Positions 10,510 through 20,568 of a DNA stretch of 59,303 bases are shown here, piece after piece; the first letter of the stretch is position 1; each line of letters starts with the position of its first letter. Under the pieces are notes generated by a model, which made no database searches, was not told where the DNA came from, and saw nothing but the letters and a program-made list of their open reading frames with translations. This stretch comes from Ignavibacteriales bacterium (GTDB lineage: Bacteria > Bacteroidota > Ignavibacteria > UBA10030). The DNA is taken from the NCBI GenBank assembly GCA_016207415.1, contig JACQPT010000093.1, positions 1 to 59,303 of the forward strand, read 5' to 3'. A program made the translations under genes and the position numbers.

Positions 10510-11088
10510 TTGTTGAAACTGCGCGAACAACTTTTTCGCTATAGAAGTTACACACCGCTTCCATTCCTTGCAGTCATGCTCTGGTATGCCGATCCCACAA
10601 CGCAGACGTTCTTTGTTGGAGGAATCGTTGCCGTTGCTGGCGAGCTCGTCCGCTACTGGGGTGTGGCGTACGCGGGGGGGTTAACACGGGTGACGACCGT
10701 TGGCGCGCCCGAAATCGTCGTCGCCGGCCCTTATGCCTATGTGCGAAACCCCTTATACATCGGCAACATGCTGATGTATCTTGGCATTGGCATCATGGCG
10801 AATGCGTTGATGCCCTGGCTGCCTCTGGTAGCGGGCGCGTATTTCGCATTTCAATATTCGATGATTGTCTCCCTCGAGGAGGAATTTCTCGAAAAAGAGT
10901 TTGGCGCGGCGTTTCTTGAGTTCAAGAAGAATGTTCCCCGCTTCCTTCCGCGTCTTGTTCAGTATGAGAGCCAGGCGCAGGAGCATCAAAAGCCCGATTG
11001 GTCAACGGCTGTTCGGTCTGAACGGCGCACACTGCAGGCGTTGGGGTCTGTTACAGTCGTTCTTCTTGTTCTCTGGGTGGCGGGATAA
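10510..11088 (+). CDS. Isoprenylcysteine carboxyl / phospholipid methyltransferase family membrane protein
   Basis: 192 aa, multi-TM. GPYAYVRNPLYIGNMLMYLG and a following EE..L...FG motif are typical of the ICMT/PEMT family. TTG start. Confidence 0.7.
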   Translation: MLKLREQLFRYRSYTPLPFLAVMLWYADPTTQTFFVGGIVAVAGELVRYWGVAYAGGLTRVTTVGAPEIVVAGPYAYVRNPLYIGNMLMYLGIGIMANALMPWLPLVAGAYFAFQYSMIVSLEEEFLEKEFGAAFLEFKKNVPRFLPRLVQYESQAQEHQKPDWSTAVRSERRTLQALGSVTVVLLVLWVAG

Positions 11089-11091
11089 GTC

Positions 11092-12213
11092 GTGGTACAT
11101 CGAGTGATGATGATTGCGGGAGAGGCGTCGGGGGACCTGCACGGCGCGGGTGTGGTGCGGGAACTCAAAAGAGCTCAAAAGCAGGTGGACGTGTACGGCG
11201 TTGGGGGCGAGAACATGCGCCGCGCGGGCATGCACCTCATTTTTCACATCAACGAGCTGGGTTTCATGGGATTCGTCGAAGTGCTCAAGCATTTGCCGTT
11301 TATCAAAATCATGGAACGGACACTCGAGCAAATCCTGAGGTTCAAAAAACCTGACGTCCTGGTACTCATCGACTATCCTGGATTTAACCTGCGTTTTGCA
11401 AGGATCGCAAAAAAATACGGCGTCAAAATCATCTACTACATCAGTCCGCAGGTGTGGGCATGGCACAAGTCACGGGTGAAACACATCCGCGAACTCGTCG
11501 ACAAAATGCTTGTCATTTTTCCTTTCGAAGTTGACTTCTATGAAAAGGAAAACGTCGATGTGGAATTCGTGGGGCATCCGCTGCTGGAAGTACTCGAATC
11601 GAAGATGAGCCGCAAAAACTTCTGCAAGAGATACGGGATTGATGGAACAAAAAAGATCCTCGGATTGCTTCCCGGGAGTCGGCGCCAGGAGATTGAAAAC
11701 ATTCTCCCCGTCATGTTGACCGCGGCAAAACACATTGCGTACGAATTGGATATGGAGATAGCCCTTGGCGTTGCCCCGACTCTGGAAGAGAAATATTTTA
11801 GAACGTTCTTTCCGCTCGACGGCATTCACCTCGTGTCCGGAGCTAGCTACGATGTGATGGAACACGCGGACTTTGCCATGGTCACGTCGGGGACGGCGAC
11901 CATTGAAACGGCCTGCTTTGCCACGCCGATGTTCGTTGTGTACAAAACTTCCTGGCTGACGTACCTGATCGGCAGGTTGCTCGTAAACGTGCGCAACATC
12001 GGCATGGTGAACATTGTTGCCGGAAAGGAAATCGTTCCTGAGTTCGTCCAGCACAGCGCGTCGGCAAAGAAGCTCGTTCGGGAAGCTTTGCGGCTTCTTG
12101 GAGATGAGACGCGGCTGGCCGACATGAGGCAGCAGCTCTCCAAAGTGAAAACTCTGCTTGGCGAAGTCGGCGCCTCGAGGCGCGTAGCCAAGCGCATTCT
12201 GCAAATGGCGTAG
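11092..12213 (+). CDS. lpxB: Lipid-A-disaccharide synthase
   Basis: 373 aa. The N-terminal MIAGEASGDLHGA motif and the YISPQVWAW motif are characteristic of LpxB. The start could be GTG 11092 or ATG 11107. Confidence 0.9.
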   Translation: MVHRVMMIAGEASGDLHGAGVVRELKRAQKQVDVYGVGGENMRRAGMHLIFHINELGFMGFVEVLKHLPFIKIMERTLEQILRFKKPDVLVLIDYPGFNLRFARIAKKYGVKIIYYISPQVWAWHKSRVKHIRELVDKMLVIFPFEVDFYEKENVDVEFVGHPLLEVLESKMSRKNFCKRYGIDGTKKILGLLPGSRRQEIENILPVMLTAAKHIAYELDMEIALGVAPTLEEKYFRTFFPLDGIHLVSGASYDVMEHADFAMVTSGTATIETACFATPMFVVYKTSWLTYLIGRLLVNVRNIGMVNIVAGKEIVPEFVQHSASAKKLVREALRLLGDETRLADMRQQLSKVKTLLGEVGASRRVAKRILQMA

Positions 12214-12218
12214 AAGCC

Positions 12219-13271
12219 GTGTCCGCGCGAAGATTGTTGTTGCCGTTTTCGGGGCTTTATGGAATGGGCGTCGCGGCGAGAAACTGGTTCTTTGACGCAG
12301 GGTTGCTGCCCGTCCGGAAGGTGGGCGCGCCAGTGATTTCAGTCGGCAACATTTCGGCGGGTGGAGTGGGAAAGACTCCGCTTGTCGAGTTTCTAGCGGA
12401 GAAACTGAGAAGAAACAATAAGGTCGCCGTCATAAGCCGGGGCTATGGCCGAAAAAGTAAGAGCTACCTTGTCGTCAGTAACGGAAGGCAACGTTGCGCG
12501 GAAGCGTGGAAGGCTGGAGACGAGGCCAGTCAGCTTGCGGAGAAGTTGGATGGCGTTGTCGTCCTTGTGGACGAAAGACGGGCGAGGGCAGCTGAGAATG
12601 CTGTGCGAGACTTTCAAGCCACGGTGATTATTCTGGACGACGGTTTTCAACATCGATATTTGCACAGGGATGTCGATATTGTTGTTCTCACTTACGAAGA
12701 GATTATGAATGGCGATTTCCTTCTCCCGGCCGGAAATCGGCGCGAACCCATGTCCGCACTCAGGAGAACTGATATTATAGGGATTTCAAGATGCGAGAAT
12801 AAGGATGGATTTGAGAGAGCTCGGGCAATCCTAAGCCGAAAGTGGGATAAGCCTCTGTTTGCGTTCCGATCTCGAGTGAAAGCGGTCAGATTGGCGGAAA
12901 CAAGAAAAGAAATGCAGCAAACATGGAATAACGTCATTGCCTTCTCGGGTATCGGTCAGCCTTCGGCATTCCAAGAAACTCTGAAATCGAGCGGAATACA
13001 CGTTGGCACGCATATCGTCTTTCGAGACCATCATTGGTATTCCGACGCAGATTTGGAAAGCATCCGGGAAGTTGTTCGTGATTCTCATGCAAACGCCATC
13101 ATGACGACTGAAAAAGATGTCGCCCGCCTGAATGGAGGCAGCGGGGGCGGACAGACCTTTCTCAGGGAAAATCCGGTGTACTACATCGAAATTGGACCCG
13201 AGATCATCGCCGGTGAAAAGGTGCTTGAAGAAAAACTCCAGAGTTTTGGATATGCGAATCGGAATAACTGA
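12219..13271 (+). CDS. lpxK: Tetraacyldisaccharide 4'-kinase
   Basis: 350 aa with the P-loop VGNISAGGVGKTP, SRGYGR and LDDGFQH motifs. It follows lpxB directly. Confidence 0.88.
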   Translation: MSARRLLLPFSGLYGMGVAARNWFFDAGLLPVRKVGAPVISVGNISAGGVGKTPLVEFLAEKLRRNNKVAVISRGYGRKSKSYLVVSNGRQRCAEAWKAGDEASQLAEKLDGVVVLVDERRARAAENAVRDFQATVIILDDGFQHRYLHRDVDIVVLTYEEIMNGDFLLPAGNRREPMSALRRTDIIGISRCENKDGFERARAILSRKWDKPLFAFRSRVKAVRLAETRKEMQQTWNNVIAFSGIGQPSAFQETLKSSGIHVGTHIVFRDHHWYSDADLESIREVVRDSHANAIMTTEKDVARLNGGSGGGQTFLRENPVYYIEIGPEIIAGEKVLEEKLQSFGYANRNN

Positions 13272-13959
13272 CTGTTTGAAAGAGGGCAAGTACAACCTCT
13301 ACGTCCGATGGATTCAGGGTGTTGAGCCGGATATTGAAATTCTTAAGCTCTCGCATAAAACGAAGAATGCCTCCTCCGTTTCACAATTGGACGGCTTGCT
13401 CCTGACCGGGGGAGGCGATGTCCATCCGCGTTTCTACGAGAAGAAAGAGTATCTTCCAAAAACTGAAGGCGTAGATGAGGAGAGGGACGCTTTCGAGCTT
13501 GACGTCATCGACAAGGCACTCGATGCCGATATTCCCATCTTTGGAATTTGCAGAGGAATGCAGGTCATGAACGTTTATCTCGGCGGCGAACTTATCCCGG
13601 ACCTTCGGAGCGAAGGGTTTGAGAGTCACACGAGCACAAAAGATGCGGAGACAACACATTCGCTGACGATTCATCCGCATTCGTTGCTGAAAGAGATAGT
13701 AGGGAACACCGAAATCACGGTGAATTCCTCCCACCATCAGGCAGCAAGGACTCTCGGGCGAGGCCTTCTCGCAACTGCGCTCTCGCCGGACGGTGTGACA
13801 GAAGCAGCGGAGTGGGCAATAAAGGAAGGAATGCCCTTCCTTCTGGTTGTTCAATGGCATCCTGAACGCATGGATGAAGACGGTGCATCGAGGAATCTCG
13901 CAAGTTTTTTTTTACGGGAGGTTCAACATTCCAAACGACAAAAAGCAACAACGTACTGA
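13252..13959 (+). CDS. Class-I glutamine amidotransferase / gamma-glutamyl-GABA hydrolase-like (peptidase C26)
   Basis: The ORF-track frame starts at 13132, inside lpxK. I use ATG 13252 (MRIGITD...). The nucleophile elbow is FGICRGMQ, and HHQA and QWHPE motifs are present. Confidence 0.8.
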   Translation: MRIGITDCLKEGKYNLYVRWIQGVEPDIEILKLSHKTKNASSVSQLDGLLLTGGGDVHPRFYEKKEYLPKTEGVDEERDAFELDVIDKALDADIPIFGICRGMQVMNVYLGGELIPDLRSEGFESHTSTKDAETTHSLTIHPHSLLKEIVGNTEITVNSSHHQAARTLGRGLLATALSPDGVTEAAEWAIKEGMPFLLVVQWHPERMDEDGASRNLASFFLREVQHSKRQKATTY

Positions 13960-13979
13960 GAGAAAGGAAGTTTTCTAAA

Positions 13980-16748
13980 ATGGCAACGAAAGCGAAATAC
14001 GTCTATTTCTTCGGCGGCGGCAAGGCCGAAGGAAAAGCGGAGATGAAAAACCTGCTCGGCGGCAAAGGAGCAAACCTTCATGAAATGACGAACATCTGGT
14101 TACCGGTTCCACCAGGGTGCACCATTACCACAGAAGTCTGCACGTATTACTACGCTCATGGACGGCAATACCCCAAAACATTGGACAAAGACGTTCTAGC
14201 GGCGCTGGGAAAAGTGGAGAAGGCAATGGGTGCAAAGTTTGGTGACGTGACAAATCCGCTCCTTGTGTCCGTCCGGTCTGGAGCAAGAGCATCGATGCCC
14301 GGGATGATGGACACTATCCTGAACCTCGGCCTCAACGACAAAACCATTGTCGGAATTATCCAGAAGACAAAGAACGAGCGGTTTGCGTACGATTCGTATC
14401 GCAGGTTTGTGCAGATGTATGGTGACGTCGTTCTTGGGTTGAAGCCGGAAGGAAAAGATGCCATCGACCCCTTTGAAGAAATCATCGAGCACAAGAAGAA
14501 AGAAAAAGGCGTCAAGCTTGATACAGAATTGACGGCGGATGACCTTAAAGACCTTGTAATGAAATTTAAAGGGGCAATCAAGCAGAAGACCGGCCACGAT
14601 TTTCCTGAAGATCCGCTCAAGCAGCTCTGGGGCGCTATCGGGGCGGTGTTTGGCTCGTGGATGAATGAGCGTGCAATCGCATATCGAAAACTCTACGACA
14701 TCCCCGAATCGTGGGGAACAGCAGTCAATGTTCAAACGATGGTGTTCGGAAACATGGGAGAAGACTCAGGGACGGGCGTGGCGTTTACTCGAGATGCTGC
14801 CACAGGCGAAAACGTGTTTTACGGAGAGTTCCTCATGAACGCCCAGGGCGAGGATGTTGTTGCCGGTATCCGCACGCCGCTGCCCATTGCTCAACTGGCT
14901 GCGTCAGACCCGAAAATCTACAAGCAACTTGACGGAATCAGAAAAACCCTGGAGAAACACTACCGGGACATGATGGATATCGAGTTCACGATTCAACAGG
15001 GCAAGTTGTTCATGCTGCAGTGCCGTGTTGGAAAACGAACTGCTTTTGCCGCAATCAAAATCGCTGTAGACATGGTGAGCGAAAAATTGATTTCGGAAAA
15101 AGAGGCGCTAATGAGGATGGAGCCGGATCAGTTGAACCAGCTGCTCCGCCCGATCTTTGACCTTCACGAAAAAGAAGCTGCCGTGAAAGGGGGAAAGCTT
15201 CTGGCAAAAGGATTGAACGCTGGCCCCGGTGCTGCTACAGGCAAGGCAGTCTTCAACGCGCATGATGCGGAAGAATGGGCGAAGCGTGGCGAACACGTCA
15301 TCCTGACCCGCATTGAAACGTCGCCGGAGGACATTAGGGGAATGGATGCCGCCGACGGAATTCTCACCGCCCGCGGAGGAATGACCTCGCACGCAGCGCT
15401 TGTCGCCAGGCAGATGGGCAAAGTATGCGTTGCCGGCTGTGGTGACCTTGACATCGATTATTCCAGCCGCACTATGAGAGTGAATGGACAGGTTGTGAAA
15501 GAAGGCGATTGGCTCTCCATCGACGGAACAAGCGGACAGGTCATTCTCGGCAAACTTGACACGAAACCTTCCGAAGTATTACAGGTGCTTGTTGACAAGA
15601 CACTCGAGCCCAAAGACGCCCCCGTATACCGTCAATTTGCAAGAATCATGCAATGGGCGGATAAATATCGCAGGTTGAAGATCAGGACGAACGCCGACCA
15701 GCCAGACCAGTCAGCAAACGCAGTCGCGTTTGGCGCTGAGGGAATTGGATTGTGCCGAACCGAGCACATGTTCTTCGGCGAAGGGAAAATCGGGCCCATG
15801 CGTGAAATGATTCTCGCAGACACGATAGAAGAACGACGAAAAGCGCTTGCAAAACTCCTGCCTCTTCAGAGACAGGATTTTGTCGGTATTTTTGAAGTCA
15901 TGGATGGCCGGCCGGTGACGATTCGAACCATCGACCCGCCGCTCCACGAGTTTCTTCCGCACGAGGAGAACGCTCAACGCGAGCTTGCACAACAGATGGG
16001 AATAGCGTATGAGAAAGTGAAACAACGCGTCGAATCGCTGCACGAGTTCAATCCCATGCTCGGCTTCCGCGGTTGTCGGCTGGGCGTCATCTACCCAGAA
16101 ATCACGGAGATGCAGTCCCACGCGATTTTTGAAGCCGCCGCTGAGGTGGAGAAAAAAGGAATTCCCGTGGAACCGGAAGTGATGATTCCATTGGTTGGAA
16201 ACATAAAGGAACTGGAACACCAGGAGAAGATCGTGAGGCAAGTCGCCTCCGACGTGATGAAAGAGCAGGGAGTGAAATTCCCGTATCTCGTTGGAACGAT
16301 GATCGAAGTCCCGCGCGGCGCCGTTACCGCAGACGAAATCGCTCATGTGGCCGAGTTCTTCAGCTTCGGCACCAACGACCTGACGCAAACGACACTCGGC
16401 GTAAGCAGAGACGACGCTGCTCGATTCCTGATTCCTTACGTCGAGAAAGAGATTTACGCAAAGGATCCTTTTGAAGTCATCGACAGGCCCGGCGTGGGCT
16501 TGTTAATGAAAGTTGCAGTGGAAAAAGGCAGAGCAACAAGGCCGACGCTCAAGATTGGGATTTGCGGCGAGCATGGAGGAGATCCGTCGAGCGTGGAATT
16601 CTGCCACCAGATAGGCTTGAATTATGTCAGCTGCTCGCCGTTCCGCGTTCCGATTGCGCGACTTGCCGCCGCACGTGCGGCGCTGTCGCCAAAAGGCTCA
16701 AAAGCAAAGGGAGTACGGAAGGGAAAGCGGCAAGGTCGAAAGAAGTGA
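13980..16748 (+). CDS. ppdK: Pyruvate, phosphate dikinase
   Basis: 922 aa with N-terminal [12 protein letters not shown], the phosphohistidine region [15 protein letters not shown] and the PEP-utilizer C-terminus [11 protein letters not shown]. Confidence 0.97.
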   Translation: MATKAKYVYFFGGGKAEGKAEMKNLLGGKGANLHEMTNIWLPVPPGCTITTEVCTYYYAHGRQYPKTLDKDVLAALGKVEKAMGAKFGDVTNPLLVSVRSGARASMPGMMDTILNLGLNDKTIVGIIQKTKNERFAYDSYRRFVQMYGDVVLGLKPEGKDAIDPFEEIIEHKKKEKGVKLDTELTADDLKDLVMKFKGAIKQKTGHDFPEDPLKQLWGAIGAVFGSWMNERAIAYRKLYDIPESWGTAVNVQTMVFGNMGEDSGTGVAFTRDAATGENVFYGEFLMNAQGEDVVAGIRTPLPIAQLAASDPKIYKQLDGIRKTLEKHYRDMMDIEFTIQQGKLFMLQCRVGKRTAFAAIKIAVDMVSEKLISEKEALMRMEPDQLNQLLRPIFDLHEKEAAVKGGKLLAKGLNAGPGAATGKAVFNAHDAEEWAKRGEHVILTRIETSPEDIRGMDAADGILTARGGMTSHAALVARQMGKVCVAGCGDLDIDYSSRTMRVNGQVVKEGDWLSIDGTSGQVILGKLDTKPSEVLQVLVDKTLEPKDAPVYRQFARIMQWADKYRRLKIRTNADQPDQSANAVAFGAEGIGLCRTEHMFFGEGKIGPMREMILADTIEERRKALAKLLPLQRQDFVGIFEVMDGRPVTIRTIDPPLHEFLPHEENAQRELAQQMGIAYEKVKQRVESLHEFNPMLGFRGCRLGVIYPEITEMQSHAIFEAAAEVEKKGIPVEPEVMIPLVGNIKELEHQEKIVRQVASDVMKEQGVKFPYLVGTMIEVPRGAVTADEIAHVAEFFSFGTNDLTQTTLGVSRDDAARFLIPYVEKEIYAKDPFEVIDRPGVGLLMKVAVEKGRATRPTLKIGICGEHGGDPSSVEFCHQIGLNYVSCSPFRVPIARLAAARAALSPKGSKAKGVRKGKRQGRKK

Positions 16749-16755
16749 ATCTTCA

Positions 16756-16781
16756 GTGCCACGACTTGAAAGTCGTGGCAC
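16756..16781 (+). terminator. Perfect 11-bp hairpin (GTGCCACGACT tgaa AGTCGTGGCAC) after ppdK
   Basis: Read directly. It lies 8 nt after the ppdK stop. There is no clear U-tract, so intrinsic termination is uncertain. Confidence 0.45.
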
Positions 16782-16851
16782 ATTCAAGGAAGATTCGGCA
16801 GAAGCGGTAAGAGAAGAACCTAAGACAAACAAAGCGTGAGGCAATGAGCAC

Positions 16852-17889
16852 ATGAAACTCTCCGATTTTCGCTACCCGCTCCCCCGGAATCTGATCGCAA
16901 AGAAACCCGTACACCCGCGGGACCAGGCGCAGATGATGGTGCTGAACCGCGCGGATGAATCCATGGTCGACCGAAAATTCCGGGATCTGACAGACTATGT
17001 GAGCAAAGGCGACTGTCTCGTCATCAATGAAACAAAGGTTTTTCAGGCCCGGTTGTTTGGCAAAAAAGAAAAAACGAACGCGAGGATCGAAGTCTTTCTT
17101 CTTCGTGAGTTGAACGCTGAGGAGAATATCTGGGATGTGATTGTCGATCCTGCCCGCAAGGTGCGCATAGGAAACAAAATCTTCTTCGATGACGGGAAGC
17201 TCTGGTGTGAAGTCATTGACAATACCACTTCCCGCGGACGGACAGTACGGTTCAATCATAAGGGGGATTTTTTCAAAATCATCGAACGCATCGGCCTGAC
17301 CCCGCTCCCGTATTACATCAAACGCGAGCCCACGCAGAGGGATAAAGAACATTATCAGACCGTCTATGCCCGTGTCCTCGGTGCCGTGGCGGCACCAACA
17401 GCCGGCCTTCATTTCACAAAGCAGCTGCTGAGGAGAATGCAGGCAAAGGGAGTGAAGCTTGCACCTGTCATACTCCATGTCGGCCTCGGTTCCTTCCGTG
17501 CAGTGGAAGTCGAAGACCTGACGAAGCATAAGATGGATTCAGAATATTTCGAAATCCCCGAAGAGTCTGCCCATGTCATCAATAAAACCATCGACAACAG
17601 GCACAACGTGTTTGTCATAGGTACGAGCAGCTGCCGCGCTGTAGAGTCTAGCGTGACCGCAGACGGCCATGTCAAACCGGCAAAAGGTTGGACGGATAAG
17701 TTCATTTTTCCGCCGTATGATTTCAAGGTCACCGACAGGCTTGTCACGAATTTCCATCTCCCCGAATCCACTTTGCTGATGCTTGTGAGTGCGTTCGCCG
17801 GACATGATTTCCTGATGCGCTCGTACAAGCGTGGGATCAAAGAAGGTTACCGCTTTTACAGCTACGGAGATGCGATGCTGATTTTGTAG
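16852..17889 (+). CDS. queA: S-adenosylmethionine:tRNA ribosyltransferase-isomerase
   Basis: 345 aa with MKLSDFRYPLP, VINETKVFQARL, AAPTAGLHFT and NFHLPESTLLMLVSAF. Confidence 0.95.
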   Translation: MKLSDFRYPLPRNLIAKKPVHPRDQAQMMVLNRADESMVDRKFRDLTDYVSKGDCLVINETKVFQARLFGKKEKTNARIEVFLLRELNAEENIWDVIVDPARKVRIGNKIFFDDGKLWCEVIDNTTSRGRTVRFNHKGDFFKIIERIGLTPLPYYIKREPTQRDKEHYQTVYARVLGAVAAPTAGLHFTKQLLRRMQAKGVKLAPVILHVGLGSFRAVEVEDLTKHKMDSEYFEIPEESAHVINKTIDNRHNVFVIGTSSCRAVESSVTADGHVKPAKGWTDKFIFPPYDFKVTDRLVTNFHLPESTLLMLVSAFAGHDFLMRSYKRGIKEGYRFYSYGDAMLIL

Positions 17890-17897
17890 GCCGAGAC

Positions 17898-18617
17898 ATG
17901 ACCCGATCTCGCTCAAAAGTCTTTGCCATTATTCCAGCCGCCGGCTCCGGAACGCGCCTTGGCGCGGAGGTGAGAAAGCAATTCCTGCCGCTCCAGGGAA
18001 AGCCGGTGCTTATCCACACGTTAAGGCAATTCGAGTTTTGCCCGGATATCGACGAAGTCGCCGTGGCCGTGCCGGAATCTTCGATCGTCGAAATGGAGAG
18101 GCTTGTTTCGGAGCATCGGCTTCACAAAGTGAGCAAAGTTCTGGTGGGAGGCGAGCGACGTCAGGATTCTGTCAGCCGTGTGCTGGGCCGGCTTGTGCTA
18201 AAGGATTCGGATATTGTTCTCGTGCATGACGGCGTGAGGCCGTTTATTACTCCGAAGAAAATCAGCCAGGTGATCAAAGCTTGCAGGTCGCATGATGCGG
18301 CGGTTCTCGCGGTTCAACCGAAGGATACCATTCGACGGTCAAACGGCGGCGGCTTCTTCGACAAGACGCTTGACCGAACAGCGCTTTGGCTTGTGCAGAC
18401 ACCTCAGGCTTTCAAGGCGTCGCTGTTGAAAAAGGCGTTTGACAAAGCGCGGAAAGAAAAATTTTACTCGACGGACGAGGCCGCGCTTGTCGAGCGCTGT
18501 GGCGTGAGGATAAAGATCGTCGAAGGGAGTTACGACAACATCAAAATCACGACGCAGGAAGACCTGGACCTCGGTATGCTCATTTTAGAGCGCTGGAAGC
18601 TGTCTTCCCTGCATTAA
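17898..18617 (+). CDS. ispD: 2-C-methyl-D-erythritol 4-phosphate cytidylyltransferase
   Basis: 239 aa with AIIPAAGSGTRLG, VLVHDGVRPF and QTPQAF. Confidence 0.92.
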   Translation: MTRSRSKVFAIIPAAGSGTRLGAEVRKQFLPLQGKPVLIHTLRQFEFCPDIDEVAVAVPESSIVEMERLVSEHRLHKVSKVLVGGERRQDSVSRVLGRLVLKDSDIVLVHDGVRPFITPKKISQVIKACRSHDAAVLAVQPKDTIRRSNGGGFFDKTLDRTALWLVQTPQAFKASLLKKAFDKARKEKFYSTDEAALVERCGVRIKIVEGSYDNIKITTQEDLDLGMLILERWKLSSLH

Positions 18618-18695
18618 AGTGGTTCATTTCTTGCTTTTGTTCATCGAAGTTCCTATTTTGGCAAACGTTCATTCTGAATCGAAAGGTATAACAGC

Positions 18696-19382
18696 ATGGT
18701 CAATATGACCATCGTCGTCATACTCAGTTACATTGTAGGATCCATCCCCACCAGCGTGATGTTGTCGAAGTGGAGACACGGCTTCGATATCCGCACAAAG
18801 GGGAGCGGCAACGCAGGTGGCACGAATGTGTTTCGCGTTCTTGGGTGGAAATCCGGTTTGTTTGTGATGGCCGTTGATGTTATGAAAGGAGTCATTGCGA
18901 CGACGATCGCAGCCAGGTTGTTCTGGGATCCGACGCTGCCTTTCTACAACCGGACACCTTTCGACGATTTCACTATTATTCAGATGATTTGCGGCGCAGC
19001 TGCCATCGTCGGACACATCTGGACGGTGTTTGCCGGGTTCAAAGGTGGAAAAGGAATTGCCACCGCCGCCGGCATGCTCATCGGCATTGCGCCGACGGAA
19101 TTCGCAGTTTCGGCGCTCGTGTTTTTTGCAGTCTTCTTCGCGTGGAAATACGTTTCTCTGGGATCTATCGCGGCTGCCATCGCTTTCCCTTTGTCCATTA
19201 TCATCCGTCACAACATTCTCTCGGATGAAATCCATAGTTATCACACTCTTGTGTTCTTCAGCCTCGGAGTGGCTGTTGTCCTGGTGTATTCCCACCGAAA
19301 AAACATCAAGCGTCTCCTCGAAGGAACGGAAAACAGAATGGTTTTCCCCCCTCGAAAAGAAATGGAGTCGGCCAAAGGATAA
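18696..19382 (+). CDS. plsY: Glycerol-3-phosphate acyltransferase PlsY
   Basis: 228 aa, multi-TM, with GSGNAGGTN, DVMKG and GHIWTVFAGFKGGKGIATAAG motifs. Confidence 0.9.
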   Translation: MVNMTIVVILSYIVGSIPTSVMLSKWRHGFDIRTKGSGNAGGTNVFRVLGWKSGLFVMAVDVMKGVIATTIAARLFWDPTLPFYNRTPFDDFTIIQMICGAAAIVGHIWTVFAGFKGGKGIATAAGMLIGIAPTEFAVSALVFFAVFFAWKYVSLGSIAAAIAFPLSIIIRHNILSDEIHSYHTLVFFSLGVAVVLVYSHRKNIKRLLEGTENRMVFPPRKEMESAKG

Positions 19383-19441
19383 GCTCCCTGGTCCCATAGC
19401 CCCGGGGCGGGCTTCTTGTCCCACGATACACACATTCCCGT

Positions 19442-20440
19442 ATGAAAGTCACCGTTCTTGGCGCCGGCAGTTGGGGGACGACCCTGGCGCTTGTGCTGTT
19501 TGAGAACAAGCACGACGTCAACCTCTGGACCTACAAGCCGAACCAGGCTGAATTGATGAGGAAGACGGGAGAGAATAAGGCCTTCCTTCCCGGCATTCCC
19601 CTCCCCCCACAGCTGAACATCATAACTGACATCGAGGGAGCATGCCACAAAAGGGATATGATTGTGGCGGCGGTACCCTCGCAGTTTCTCAGGTCGGTTA
19701 TTGAGAAGATCGCCCATCTGCGCCTCGAGCACACGATTATCTGCAATGTAGCGAAAGGGATCGAAAACAAATCCCTGATGACGATGTCCGAAGTGCTGGA
19801 GGACGTGCTGAAACATGAGCGGAAGGAGAACCTTGCCATACTTTCGGGGCCCAGTCACGCAGAAGAAGTTTCTCGAAGAATCCCGACGGCGGTCGTCTCG
19901 TCTGCTTACAAGGATAAAACGGCCAAAATGGTCCAGGACGCCTTTATGACGCGGTATTTCCGAGTCTACGTCAATGAAGATATTCGCGGAGTGGAGCTTG
20001 GCGGCGCCATCAAGAACATTATCGCTATCGGAGCGGGGATAAGCGACGGAGCCGGCTTCGGGGATAACACAAAAGCGGCGATCATGACGCGTGGTATCTA
20101 TGAGATTACACGGCTTGGCGTCAAAATGGGCGCACAGCCTCGGACGTTTGCCGGATTATCGGGAATCGGGGACTTGATTGTGACGTGCATGAGCCGTCAC
20201 AGCCGCAACCGGCATGTGGGAGAAGAAGTCGGCAAGGGCCGCAAGCTCCAGGATGTTTTGAAAGAAATGGTGATGGTTGCAGAAGGAGTTGCCACGTCGC
20301 AATCTGTGCATGAGCTATCTCAGAAACATAATGTTGAAGTCCCCATCGTCAGCGAGGTCTATCGCGTTTTGTATGAAGGAAAAGACCCTCACAAAGCCAC
20401 GGAGGACCTGATGACCCGAGACGCTCGGGGAGAAACGTAA
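19442..20440 (+). CDS. gpsA: NAD(P)H-dependent glycerol-3-phosphate dehydrogenase
   Basis: 332 aa with the N-terminal Rossmann motif VLGAGSWGTTLA, plus NVAKGIE, GPSHAEEV and GVELGGAIKNIIAI. Confidence 0.95.
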   Translation: MKVTVLGAGSWGTTLALVLFENKHDVNLWTYKPNQAELMRKTGENKAFLPGIPLPPQLNIITDIEGACHKRDMIVAAVPSQFLRSVIEKIAHLRLEHTIICNVAKGIENKSLMTMSEVLEDVLKHERKENLAILSGPSHAEEVSRRIPTAVVSSAYKDKTAKMVQDAFMTRYFRVYVNEDIRGVELGGAIKNIIAIGAGISDGAGFGDNTKAAIMTRGIYEITRLGVKMGAQPRTFAGLSGIGDLIVTCMSRHSRNRHVGEEVGKGRKLQDVLKEMVMVAEGVATSQSVHELSQKHNVEVPIVSEVYRVLYEGKDPHKATEDLMTRDARGET

Positions 20441-20442
20441 TG

Positions 20443-20568
20443 TCCTTCCGAAGGATCCATTAGCCGCCCGATAATCCTTCGGAAGGATTACTTAGCCAAC
20501 CCCGATCAGCTCGAAAGATCACTTGGTCGCCGGCTAGTCCTTCGGAAGATCATGCCGAGCTTCCTTGC
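20443..20568. repeat. About four degenerate tandem copies of a ~32-nt unit, each starting with a TCCTTC(C)GGAAGGAT-like mini-palindrome
   Basis: Read directly. R1 is 20443 TCCTTCCGAAGGATCCATTAGCCGCCCGATAA. R2 is 20475 TCCTTCGGAAGGATTACTTAGCCAACCCCGATCAGC. R3 is 20511 TCGAAAGATCACTTGGTCGCCGGCTAG. R4 is 20538 TCCTTCGGAAGATCATGCCGAGC. The repeat fills the gpsA-plsY2 spacer. Confidence 0.75.

Noticed and set aside
13132-13251. The upstream extensions of three ORFs: the amidotransferase (13132), rsmI (28056) and the histidine kinase (52599).
   Set aside because: The extensions lie inside the preceding genes (lpxK, nadE) or upstream of the sigma-54 promoter, and they lack family similarity. Internal ATGs at 13252, 28212 and 52701 give canonical N-termini.
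16749-16851. A possible preQ1 riboswitch upstream of queA.
   Set aside because: I could not find a preQ1-I-like stem and A-rich tail arrangement. The only strong structure is the ppdK-proximal hairpin. queA is also not a typical preQ1-regulated gene.
20443-20568. A possible CRISPR array, based on the repeated TCCTTCGGAAGGA units.
   Set aside because: The units are directly adjacent with no spacers. They are degenerate, number only about four, and there are no cas genes in the window.
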